NCBI RefSeq assembly: GCF_018668795.1
Contig: NZ_JABJBD010000116.1
Source: Candidatus Puniceispirillum sp.
GTDB taxonomy: Bacteria > Pseudomonadota > Alphaproteobacteria > Puniceispirillales > Puniceispirillaceae
Strand: one strand, 5' to 3'
Length of the DNA: 24,000 nucleotides
Below are positions 8,012 to 18,529 of this stretch, one piece after another (the stretch's first letter is position 1; the number at the start of each line of letters is the position of its first letter). Both the position numbers and the translations under genes were made by a program. The notes beneath the pieces were generated by a model. It was not told the DNA's origin, did no database searches, and saw nothing but the letters and a program-made list of their open reading frames with translations.

Positions 8012-9835
8012 ATGATGGCTAAGTCATCCCCTGAGAATAGCCCTATGTCCCCCGACGCAGTTACACAGCCTATGGCTGGTGCTGAAATTTTGCTCAAAAC
8101 GCTCGAAGATGAGGGCGTTGAAGTCATTTTTGGATATCCGGGTGGTGCTGTTCTGCCAATTTATGATGCTTTATTTAAAAATAATAAGATCCGTCACATA
8201 CTTGTGCGCCACGAGCAGGCCGCAGTGCATGCGGCAGAAGGTTATGCGCGGTCAACAGGCAAGGTCGGGGTCGTGCTGGTGACTTCTGGCCCAGGGGCAA
8301 CAAATGCTGTTACTGGCTTGACCGATGCCTTGATGGACTCAGTGCCGGTTGTATGTCTAACAGGCCAAGTACCAACGCATCTTATTGGTAATGATGCATT
8401 TCAGGAAGCTGATACCACCGGAATTACGCGTGCTTGTACCAAGCATAACTATCTGGTCAAAGACGGCACCAAACTTCAGCATACTGTAATTGAAGCGTTT
8501 CATGTTGCCAGCACCGGACGCCCCGGGCCGGTATTGATTGATTTACCCAAAGATATTTTGATGGGTGAATATGGTTATCATGATACATCCTTGGATGATG
8601 CTGTGGCATCAAAGGCGCGCGGGCGCTATTCGGTTGCCACCCGTCCAGATAATGACGTGATCAAGCAGGCTGTGGCGATGCTGAAACGTGCGCGTCGCCC
8701 AATCATTTATGGGGGTGGTGGCATCATTAATTCAGGCCCCAGAGCGTCTCAGTTATTGCATGAACTTGTGCATATGACAGGCTGGCCAACAACTTTGACT
8801 TTGATGGGGCTAGGCGCATTGCCAGCATCTGACGCTCATTTTCTAGGCATGCTTGGCATGCATGGCACCTATGAAGCTAATCTGGCGATGCATGATTGTG
8901 ATATTATGTTGAATGTCGGTGCGCGTTTTGACGACCGTGTAACAGGCCGTATTTCAGGTTTCGCACCGAATTCGGAAAAAATTCACATTGATATCGACTC
9001 TTCATCAATCAATAAGAATGTTTCGGTTGATCTGGCGGTCATTGGTGATGCGACAGTGGTTCTGGAAATGTTGATTGCCGAGATGAAAGCGCAATCATTT
9101 AAACCGCATGCTGAGTCGCTTACATCCTGGTGGAAACAGATTAAAGGCTGGCAGGCACGCAAGTGTCTTGGTTTTGATCAGTCGGGTGATATTATCAAAC
9201 CCCAGCATGCCATTAAGCGGCTATGTGACATGACGCGTGAACATGATGTCTATGTCACCACTGAAGTTGGTCAGCATCAGATGTGGGCAGCACAATATTT
9301 TGATTTCGAAGCGCCTAACCGCTGGATGACATCTGGTGGCTTAGGTACGATGGGGTATGGTCTGCCATCAGCAATGGGCGTTCAGGTGGCGCATCCAGAC
9401 GCGCTGGTAATCGATATTGCTGGAGAAGCTTCATTCATGATGAATATGCAGGAATTATCGACTCTGGCGCAATATAATTTGCCAGTGAAGATGTTTATCA
9501 TCAATAACGAATGGATGGGCATGGTTCGGCAATGGCAGGAATTGATTCATGGTGGCCGCTATTCGGAATCCTATAGTGCGTCATTGCCTGATTTTGTTAA
9601 ACTGGCTGATACCTTTGGCATGACAGGCCTTGTGGCACAATCTGCGAATGAGCTGGATGATGTCATAACGCAAATGCTTGAGACTGATGGGCCGGTCATT
9701 GCTGACATTCGCGTAACCAAAGATGAAAACTGTTTCCCCATGATCCCGTCGGGTGCAGCACATAACGAAATGTTGCTTGGTCCAGCTGATCAGGCTGAAA
9801 AGCCGATTTCTGAAGAAGGCATGGTGTTGGTCTAG
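8012..9835 (+). CDS. ilvB: Acetolactate synthase (AHAS), large catalytic subunit, ThDP-dependent
   Basis: 607-aa ORF with GAEILLKTLEDEGVEVIFGYPGG, the N-terminal ThDP pyrimidine-binding domain, the ThDP-binding GGLGTMGYGLPSAMG...N motif and the central FAD domain. AAGGA lies at 8003-8007. The exact start (8012 or 8015) is uncertain. Confidence 0.93.
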   Translation: MMAKSSPENSPMSPDAVTQPMAGAEILLKTLEDEGVEVIFGYPGGAVLPIYDALFKNNKIRHILVRHEQAAVHAAEGYARSTGKVGVVLVTSGPGATNAVTGLTDALMDSVPVVCLTGQVPTHLIGNDAFQEADTTGITRACTKHNYLVKDGTKLQHTVIEAFHVASTGRPGPVLIDLPKDILMGEYGYHDTSLDDAVASKARGRYSVATRPDNDVIKQAVAMLKRARRPIIYGGGGIINSGPRASQLLHELVHMTGWPTTLTLMGLGALPASDAHFLGMLGMHGTYEANLAMHDCDIMLNVGARFDDRVTGRISGFAPNSEKIHIDIDSSSINKNVSVDLAVIGDATVVLEMLIAEMKAQSFKPHAESLTSWWKQIKGWQARKCLGFDQSGDIIKPQHAIKRLCDMTREHDVYVTTEVGQHQMWAAQYFDFEAPNRWMTSGGLGTMGYGLPSAMGVQVAHPDALVIDIAGEASFMMNMQELSTLAQYNLPVKMFIINNEWMGMVRQWQELIHGGRYSESYSASLPDFVKLADTFGMTGLVAQSANELDDVITQMLETDGPVIADIRVTKDENCFPMIPSGAAHNEMLLGPADQAEKPISEEGMVLV

Positions 9836-9871
9836 AACAACCAACTAGACCGCACACTCAAGGAGTTAAGC

Positions 9872-10396
9872 ATGAAGACGACTGACGTGGTAGAACGCCA
9901 CATAATTTCTGTACTTGTTGATAATGAGCCTGGCGTGTTGGCGCGTGTTATTGGGTTATTTTCCGGACGTGGGTACAATATCGAAAGTTTGACTGTGTCC
10001 GAAGTGGATGTGGACATTGCTATCTCGAGAATTTCTATCGTAACCAGCGGTACCCCGATGATAATAGAGCAAATCAAGGCGCAATTATCGCGCCTTGTGC
10101 CTATACATGGCGTTTGCGATCTTACCGAGACAACAGCCTTTATCGAACGCGAGCTTGCATTGGTGAAAATTATCAATAAAGGTGATGGGCGGATAGAAGC
10201 TTTGAGAATTGCTGACACTTTCCGTGCAAGAACACTAGACAGCACACTAGATAGTTTTGTATTTGAAGTAACAGGAAATTCATCCAAGGTTGGTGCATTC
10301 ATTGATCTGATGCGCTCGCTTGGTGAGGTCGAAATTGCCCGTACAGGGGTATCGGCTATTTCTAGGGGTAATCTAGTCGATCTTTCGGCTCGGTAG
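9872..10396 (+). CDS. ilvN: Acetolactate synthase small (regulatory) subunit, ACT domain
   Basis: 174-aa ORF with an AAGGAG SD at 9860-9865. The N-terminal ACT signature is RHIISVLVDNEPGVLARVIGLFSGRGYNIESLTV. It sits directly downstream of ilvB. Confidence 0.92.
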   Translation: MKTTDVVERHIISVLVDNEPGVLARVIGLFSGRGYNIESLTVSEVDVDIAISRISIVTSGTPMIIEQIKAQLSRLVPIHGVCDLTETTAFIERELALVKIINKGDGRIEALRIADTFRARTLDSTLDSFVFEVTGNSSKVGAFIDLMRSLGEVEIARTGVSAISRGNLVDLSAR

Positions 10397-10414
10397 CTTT
10401 ATGTCTAATCAAGT

Positions 10415-10463
10415 CACCACCTCTATGTGGTGCAGGCAAGCATGCGCTTGCTTTTACGTTTTT
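10415..10463 (+). terminator. Two tandem hairpins between ilvN and ilvC, the second terminator-like
   Basis: Hairpin 1: CACCAC (10415-10420), loop CTCTAT, GTGGTG (10427-10432). Hairpin 2: GCAAGC (10436-10441), loop ATGC, GCTTGC (10446-10451), then TTTTACGTTTTT (10452-10463). The ilvC SD AGGAGA follows at 10468-10473. Confidence 0.5.
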
Positions 10464-10465
10464 GA

Positions 10466-11503
<1,038 letters not shown>

Positions 11504-11541
11504 ATTTCGCCGCATTTATCATCTACATGTATAAACAAATG

Positions 11542-11569
11542 GTGACAAAGGACGTATGTTCTTTGTCAC
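11542..11569. repeat. Perfect 9-bp inverted repeat in the ilvC-mreB spacer
   Basis: GTGACAAAG (11542-11550), a 10-nt spacer, then CTTTGTCAC (11561-11569), with no + strand U-tract after it. A second, weaker inverted repeat AGTTAC/GTAACT lies at 11580-11600. Confidence 0.5.
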
Positions 11570-11598
11570 ATAGGCCTTAAGTTACGCATTGTGTGTAA

Positions 11599-12657
<1,059 letters not shown>

Positions 12658-12664
12658 GGTAGGC

Positions 12665-13585
12665 ATGGCTATGCGAGCGTCTGATAAACATAGGGTCAGA
12701 CAAAGGCGTGTCGCGCATGGTCTGCTAATGGTGATAAGCTTTTCGCTGATGTTTGTCGGCAAGGCAGACATATTGGCGTGGCGTAATGCCCAGATGGGCG
12801 CGAACGATTTTCTTGCGCCCGCCATTGATTTCATTTCCATTCCTGTCCGTGGTGTTGAAACCATGGTAGAAGGCATCCGTACAGTTGCGTCATTGCGTGC
12901 TGAAAACGTTCGCCTTGTGGCCGAAAATGATTTGCTGAAACGCTGGCAAAGACGCGCTGAGATTCTTGAAAGTGAGAACCGCCAGCTACGAAGTGTTACA
13001 GGTGCGCTTGCGCCTAAAGGGCGTGTACCATTGACCGCACGTGCTGTGACGGCTCCTGGTGGCAGTTTTGCCCATACAGTGCTGGTTTCGAATGGGGCTG
13101 ATAAAGGTGTGCAACCTGGCAATCCGGTTGTTACAGCTGATGGGCTGGTTGGTATGGTCGTTGATGTCGGGGCATCACATTCGCGCGTTTTGCTGATTAG
13201 TGATATTAATGCGCGAATACCAGTTATTCTTGCATCATCATCTTGGCCCGGTTTGACAATGGGCAAGAATGGTACCTATCTTGAATTAGCTTTTCTACCT
13301 GAGGAGGCAGTGCCATCATTAGGTGAATTGGTGCTGACATCTGGCCATGGTGGTGTTTTGCCAGCAGGATTGCCAGTTGGCCGCGTCGATCTTGTCGAGA
13401 AGGGTTTCGTAAGAATTAAGCCTGCAGTCGATTTTCGGCATCTGAGTTTTGTCTCTGTCCTTTTGGGAGGACTAGAGGGCGTTGATACAAATAATTTGGA
13501 ACTCGAAGAATTCTATACACCCTTGCCCATTGATGAAAACACACGCTTACTTGAAGGCGTTAATGCTTCAGGGGCGCGGCAATAA
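12665..13585 (+). CDS. mreC: Rod shape-determining protein MreC
   Basis: 306-aa ORF directly after mreB, with an N-terminal TM segment (LLMVISFSLMFVG), a coiled coil (LRAENVRLVAENDLLKRWQRRAEILESENRQLR) and a beta-rich periplasmic domain (GLVGMVVDVGASHSRVLLISD). Its TAA stop overlaps the mreD ATG. Confidence 0.9.
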   Translation: MAMRASDKHRVRQRRVAHGLLMVISFSLMFVGKADILAWRNAQMGANDFLAPAIDFISIPVRGVETMVEGIRTVASLRAENVRLVAENDLLKRWQRRAEILESENRQLRSVTGALAPKGRVPLTARAVTAPGGSFAHTVLVSNGADKGVQPGNPVVTADGLVGMVVDVGASHSRVLLISDINARIPVILASSSWPGLTMGKNGTYLELAFLPEEAVPSLGELVLTSGHGGVLPAGLPVGRVDLVEKGFVRIKPAVDFRHLSFVSVLLGGLEGVDTNNLELEEFYTPLPIDENTRLLEGVNASGARQ

Positions 13586-14124
13586 TGAAAAAGACAGGAC
13601 AGTATTTCGAAAAAGCAATGGAGCATTCTGAGGTATCAGGACGCTTTTTAATCGGCTTTGTTGGTATAATTTTGGTGCTGTTTGAAGGGGCGTTGGCTAG
13701 CTGGCCAATATTTTATGGCGCAGTGCCATTATTATCGCTGATTTTCATCTACTGGATGACGCTATATCATAATAAATTGATGCCATTTATTACAATTTTT
13801 ATCATGGGGTTGCTTTCAGATATTCTGTTTTCCGATCTTATCGGTGGTCGTGCAACATCCTATATGCTTCTTGTTTTGTTTATGAATTTGCGTGTAACTG
13901 ATCCCCAAGATGATGAATTCCTGAAAGTATGGATCAATTTTGTGATCGCCATCATTGCGGTTATGTTGTTTCAGCTTATTTTCTTTTCGGCAATCAACTT
14001 TGCTATTCCATCATTATCACCAATGATGTTCCAGATTGGCGTGACGTTGATACTCTTTCCAATTTCTTATATTTTTCTTTTTGCTATTTCAAATTTGCTT
14101 GAGCGCATAAAGGTGTTCGCGTGA
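13585..14124 (+). CDS. mreD: Rod shape-determining protein MreD (polytopic membrane protein)
   Basis: 179-aa, very hydrophobic ORF in the canonical position between mreC and mrdA. It overlaps both neighbours (TAATG at 13583-13587, GTGA at 14121-14124). The call rests mainly on context and membrane topology. Confidence 0.8.
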   Translation: MKKTGQYFEKAMEHSEVSGRFLIGFVGIILVLFEGALASWPIFYGAVPLLSLIFIYWMTLYHNKLMPFITIFIMGLLSDILFSDLIGGRATSYMLLVLFMNLRVTDPQDDEFLKVWINFVIAIIAVMLFQLIFFSAINFAIPSLSPMMFQIGVTLILFPISYIFLFAISNLLERIKVFA

Positions 14125-16073
14125 ATAGGGCAAAGGAAAGAGATTTTCGCCGCAATGTGTCGCGGCGTAGTGCCGTCTTGGGTATTGGTCAACTATTGTT
14201 GACGGGGTTTTTGGGTGGCCGTCTGTATCAGCTTCAAGTTACACAGAATCGTCGTTATAAGAGGCTTTCAGATAAAAACCAGTTTGATCTTCGTGTTGTA
14301 GCGCCCCCGCGTGGGCGGATTTATGATAACAAGATGCGCCTGATCGCTGGTAATGCCGAGTCGTTCCAGCTGAGAATGACGCCTATGCATGTCAAGGATA
14401 TGGCTAGGACGCTTCGGTCACTTTCTAGAGTTATTAACCTGCCGGATTCGGTTCAGGCCAGTGTGCTAGAAACGGCAAAAAAACAGCCATCTTTCCGCGA
14501 ATTGATTGTACGACGCAACCTTACGCAGCGTGAATTGGCGCGCCTAGCTATACGAAGTGCTTATTTTTCCGGTGTTTCTTTTGAAAAGTCGTTACGGCGT
14601 ATTTATCCTCAAGGTGCCTTAACCTGTCATATCACGGGATATGTGTCGCCAATCAGCAGCGATGAAATCGAACGTGATAGCAGCTTGCTACAAATGCCTG
14701 ATTTATCGACAGGAAAAATTGGCGTTGAATATGCACAAGAGCCAAGCTTACGCGGTATGCCTGGCTATGAAAGAATTGAAGTCAATGCACGTGGGCGCCC
14801 CATTCGCGTGTTGCGCGATACCGATCCCAAGGCAGGCAACGATCTTAAGCTATCCATCGATATTGGTGTGCAGCTTCATGCTAGCAAGGTTTTGCGTCAT
14901 GGACGCTCAGAAGTCGTGTCTTTTGGCGAAAAGGATGTTCAGGCTGGCTTGGCCACTAATCCAGAACTGGTTGCGCATATTACCAGCGGCGATGATCTGA
15001 TCTTGCGTGATTCAAAAGGGCGTTTGACGCCGCCTGAGTCTGGTGCGGCAGTGGTCATGGACATTCATACAGGTAACGTCGTTTCCTTGGTTTCAACGCC
15101 AATGTATGACCCGAATATGTTTACTGAAAAACTGCTGACACGCGACTGGCGGCGATTGAACAACCATCCGCGGCGGCCATTATTGAATCGTTCAACGTCT
15201 GGGATGTATGCCCCGGGATCAACCTTTAAAATGGTGGTTGGCCTTGCCGCACTTGAAGCCGGCATCATTTCCGAAACATCATCTTTTTTCTGTAAAGGTG
15301 ATATGGAGCTTGGCAACGCAACATTTCATTGCTGGCGTAAAGGTGGGCACGGACGCATGAATATCACTTCGGCGTTGGAACAGTCCTGTGATGTTTATTT
15401 TTATGAAGTGGCGTTAAAAACCGGCATTAAACGCATCCGGAATATGGCTCTTCGGCTTGGGCTTGGCGATGTTACAGGTCTTGATATACCTGGTGAAAAG
15501 TCAGGTATTATTCCTAGTCATGAATGGAAACTGGCAACGCACGGAAAAGTCTGGACACCTGGCGAAACAGTTGTGGCAGCGATTGGGCAGGGCTATGTGC
15601 TGACAACACCGCTTCAACTTGCGGTCATGACGGCAAGAATTGCCAATGGAAAATATGCGGTTAACCCATCGCTGGTTATGCATGATCCAAATACCCCCCC
15701 CGTTTTTGAACCGCTTAATATTCCAGAATCAGCTTTGGCAATAATTCGTAAAGGTATGCTTGCGGTTACAGATGGGCCGTTGGGCACAGCGCGAAACTAT
15801 GCGTTATCCAAGACATATGGTGGCATGGCAGGCAAAACAGGTACGGTGCAGGTAAAGCGCATTACCAAACAGCAACGCGAGGACGGTATCACCAAGAACA
15901 TCGACCGTCCGTGGAAAGAACGTGACCACGCTTTATTTGTAGCCTATGCGCCCATTATCGCGCCTAAATATGCGATTTCAATAGTGGTTGAGCATGGTGG
16001 TAGTGGATCATCAATGGCGGCGCCGATTGCCCGCGATATTATGGCCAAAACAATTTCAGAGCTGGGCGTATGA
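14121..16073 (+). CDS. mrdA: Penicillin-binding protein 2 (elongasome transpeptidase)
   Basis: 650-aa ORF with a GTG start overlapping the mreD stop, an N-terminal TM anchor and transpeptidase motifs STFK (GSTFKMVVG), SxD/N (EQSCDVY) and KTGT (GKTGTVQV). Confidence 0.93.
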   Translation: MNRAKERDFRRNVSRRSAVLGIGQLLLTGFLGGRLYQLQVTQNRRYKRLSDKNQFDLRVVAPPRGRIYDNKMRLIAGNAESFQLRMTPMHVKDMARTLRSLSRVINLPDSVQASVLETAKKQPSFRELIVRRNLTQRELARLAIRSAYFSGVSFEKSLRRIYPQGALTCHITGYVSPISSDEIERDSSLLQMPDLSTGKIGVEYAQEPSLRGMPGYERIEVNARGRPIRVLRDTDPKAGNDLKLSIDIGVQLHASKVLRHGRSEVVSFGEKDVQAGLATNPELVAHITSGDDLILRDSKGRLTPPESGAAVVMDIHTGNVVSLVSTPMYDPNMFTEKLLTRDWRRLNNHPRRPLLNRSTSGMYAPGSTFKMVVGLAALEAGIISETSSFFCKGDMELGNATFHCWRKGGHGRMNITSALEQSCDVYFYEVALKTGIKRIRNMALRLGLGDVTGLDIPGEKSGIIPSHEWKLATHGKVWTPGETVVAAIGQGYVLTTPLQLAVMTARIANGKYAVNPSLVMHDPNTPPVFEPLNIPESALAIIRKGMLAVTDGPLGTARNYALSKTYGGMAGKTGTVQVKRITKQQREDGITKNIDRPWKERDHALFVAYAPIIAPKYAISIVVEHGGSGSSMAAPIARDIMAKTISELGV

Positions 16074-17161
16074 TCAGCGTTAGCAAAGTCATGTTCCGGA
16101 TACCATGGCATATTATTTTTCTTGCTGGCATTCTGGTTGTGGTGGGATCACTGGCATTATATTCAGCATCTGAAGGGTCATGGGTGCCATGGGCAGGGCG
16201 TCATGCCATGCGTGCGGGTGCTGGTCTGGCGATTGTCATCATCTTCGCCTTTATAGATTTCAAATATATACGCGCGGTTGTTTATCCATTATTTCTGGCC
16301 ACAATTGTTGTTCTGATTTTACTTTTGTTTATTGGAACAGGTAGCGGCGTGTCACGCTGGATCACCATTGGTGGTTTTACGTTTCAGCCATCAGAGCCAG
16401 CTAAAATTGCCGTTATAATGGCGCTTGCGCGTTATTTTGATGAACAACCAGCGGATAAATTTCAGTCAATCCTGACCTATTTGCCAACCTTGGTACTTGT
16501 TGGCGTGCCCTTTTTGCTGGTGCTAAAACAGCCAGACCTTGGTACTGCGCTCATGCTGTTTTTAGGGGCTGTTGCTGTTATTTTTGTCGCTGGCATACCT
16601 TGGCGCTATGTAGCGATTGCGTTCCTCTCAGGTTGTGCGGCCATTCCTGTCTTATGGATGAATTTGCATGCCTATCAGAAAGCGCGGGTTATGACATTTC
16701 TGAACCCTGAGGCTGATCTGCTTGGAACGGGTTATCAGATTACCCAGTCAAAAATTGCATTGGGGTCAGGGGGCATGTTTGGCAAAGGTTTTCTGCTAGG
16801 CAGTCAAGCCCATCTGAACTACTTGCCAGAAAAACAGACGGATTTTGTCTTTACCATGATTGGTGAGGAATTTGGCCTTGTCGGCAATTTGTTTATATTG
16901 CTGATATATATGCTGATCGTTGCCGCGATTTTGCATATCAGCTACCGCGTGGCGTCACGATTTGCCCAGCTAACCTGTGTTGGCATTGCCGTCATGTTAT
17001 TTCTTTATATGTTCGTTAATGTTGCCATGGTGACAGGCTTACTGCCTGTTGTTGGCGCCCCGCTGCCGCTGATTTCATATGGGGGCACTGCCATGCTTAC
17101 GGTATTTGTTGGTATCGGCATTGTGGCGAGCGCCAGTGTGCATGATCGCATTGAACAGTAA
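16070..17161 (+). CDS. rodA: SEDS-family peptidoglycan glycosyltransferase RodA
   Basis: 363-aa polytopic membrane ORF with an ATGA overlap with mrdA. FtsW/RodA/SpoVE motifs are present: FQPSEPAKI, TDFVFTMIGEEFG and PLPLISYGGT. Confidence 0.93.
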   Translation: MISVSKVMFRIPWHIIFLAGILVVVGSLALYSASEGSWVPWAGRHAMRAGAGLAIVIIFAFIDFKYIRAVVYPLFLATIVVLILLLFIGTGSGVSRWITIGGFTFQPSEPAKIAVIMALARYFDEQPADKFQSILTYLPTLVLVGVPFLLVLKQPDLGTALMLFLGAVAVIFVAGIPWRYVAIAFLSGCAAIPVLWMNLHAYQKARVMTFLNPEADLLGTGYQITQSKIALGSGGMFGKGFLLGSQAHLNYLPEKQTDFVFTMIGEEFGLVGNLFILLIYMLIVAAILHISYRVASRFAQLTCVGIAVMLFLYMFVNVAMVTGLLPVVGAPLPLISYGGTAMLTVFVGIGIVASASVHDRIEQ

Positions 17162-17259
17162 AATTAAAAGACTAAATTAGTTTAATGTAGTTTACTGATG
17201 AAATTATAACAAAACCTGTACAAGCATGATTTTACCCGCTGTGCATGGAAAGGAATAAG

Positions 17260-18516
17260 ATGTTTGAATCGTTTTTCCCTAGACCAAAATTGTTTTTTTC
17301 AAGCTTGCTCATATGGGCAACCATTGTGGTTTTGTTCTGGTTCACCCTAGGGACAGATGTTGGCACGCTTCTTGGGTTTGAGTTTGCGGAAGAAGGGGCG
17401 CCACCAGTCATAGGGATGGGTTTTTTCGTCACGCCAAGTTTTTTATGGTTCTATCTATATTATATTTTGGCAACGGTTCCGTTCTGGTTGTTCTGGCAAA
17501 AAATATCCCCCAGCAAATGGCATAGATGGTCAATCCTTGGGTCAGCTCTTATCCTGTTCAGCACTTATTATGGCGTTCAGGTGTCTGTCGCCATCAATCA
17601 CTGGCGCCGTCCGTTTGGTGACACGCTTCAAAATTCGTTAATGGGTGAAGGTAACGTCACTATTGGTGATTTTTATGCGCTTATGGGAACGTTTGCCGAA
17701 ATCGCTTTTATCGCGGTTGCAATCTTCACATTCACGCGTTTTTTTGTAAGTCATTACGTGTTTCGTTGGCGTACAGCGATGAATGAATATTATACCGCAC
17801 AATGGAATCGTGTGCGTCATGTTGAAGGCGCATCACAGCGTATTCAGGAAGACACGCAACGATTTGCTAGCATTGTTGAAGGGCTGGGCGTCTCAATCGT
17901 TGATTCCATAATGACATTATTTGCCTTTCTTCCAATTTTGTTTGAATTGTCTGTGCATGTGACCGAGCTTCCAATCGTGGGAGAGATACCAGCGCCATTA
18001 ATGACAGCTGTTTTGTTCTGGTCTCTATTTGGAACAGTTTTGCTGGCGGTGGTTGGCGTTAAACTGCCAGGTCTTTATTTTAAAAACCAGCGCGTTGAAG
18101 CGGCATTCAGAAAAGAACTCGTACTTGGTGAAGATGATTCCAACCGTGCGGCTCCAATAACTTTGGAAGAGTTGTTCATGAATGTAAGGCGGAACTATTT
18201 CAAACTTTATTTTCACTATCTGTATTTCAACGTCACGCGATCATTATATTTACAGGCCGATAATTTGTTTGCCTATTTTATTCTGGTCCCAACAATTGTC
18301 GCTGCCAAAATCACCTATGGTATTTTACAGCAGATTTTGACAGCCTTTGGTCAGGTCGCGTCTTCATTCCAGTTTTTGGTCAATTCATGGCCTACAATCG
18401 TTGAATTATTATCTATTCACAAACGCCTGGCATCATTCGAGGCTGCTATGGCAGATATGCCATTGCCAAAAATCGATCAGGACTATCTTGATGCGCAAAG
18501 GAAAATAGAGGATTAG
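17260..18516 (+). CDS. bacA: SbmA/BacA-family peptide/antimicrobial-peptide uptake transporter (ABC-type transmembrane domain without ATPase)
   Basis: From memory, it is near-collinear with E. coli SbmA and rhizobial BacA: [13 protein letters not shown]..., [62 protein letters not shown]-track start 17245 adds 5 aa. The ATG at 17260 has AGGA at 17251-17254 and matches the family N-terminus. Confidence 0.88.
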   Translation: MFESFFPRPKLFFSSLLIWATIVVLFWFTLGTDVGTLLGFEFAEEGAPPVIGMGFFVTPSFLWFYLYYILATVPFWLFWQKISPSKWHRWSILGSALILFSTYYGVQVSVAINHWRRPFGDTLQNSLMGEGNVTIGDFYALMGTFAEIAFIAVAIFTFTRFFVSHYVFRWRTAMNEYYTAQWNRVRHVEGASQRIQEDTQRFASIVEGLGVSIVDSIMTLFAFLPILFELSVHVTELPIVGEIPAPLMTAVLFWSLFGTVLLAVVGVKLPGLYFKNQRVEAAFRKELVLGEDDSNRAAPITLEELFMNVRRNYFKLYFHYLYFNVTRSLYLQADNLFAYFILVPTIVAAKITYGILQQILTAFGQVASSFQFLVNSWPTIVELLSIHKRLASFEAAMADMPLPKIDQDYLDAQRKIED

Positions 18517-18529
18517 TGAACTGGAATTT

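Noticed and set aside
7954-8022. 22-codon ORF (MLCCLKWQLCLFTDITKGKNDG) as an ilv leader peptide
   Set aside because: It has no run of Ile/Val codons, which a BCAA-sensing leader should have, and no SD upstream. It overlaps the ilvB start, so it is not supportable as a classical leader peptide. It is still mentioned under the hairpin finding.
9832-10302. 156-aa ORF antisense to ilvN
   Set aside because: It overlaps the strongly supported ACT-domain ilvN gene. The product is Ser/Thr-rich and featureless, so I treat it as spurious.
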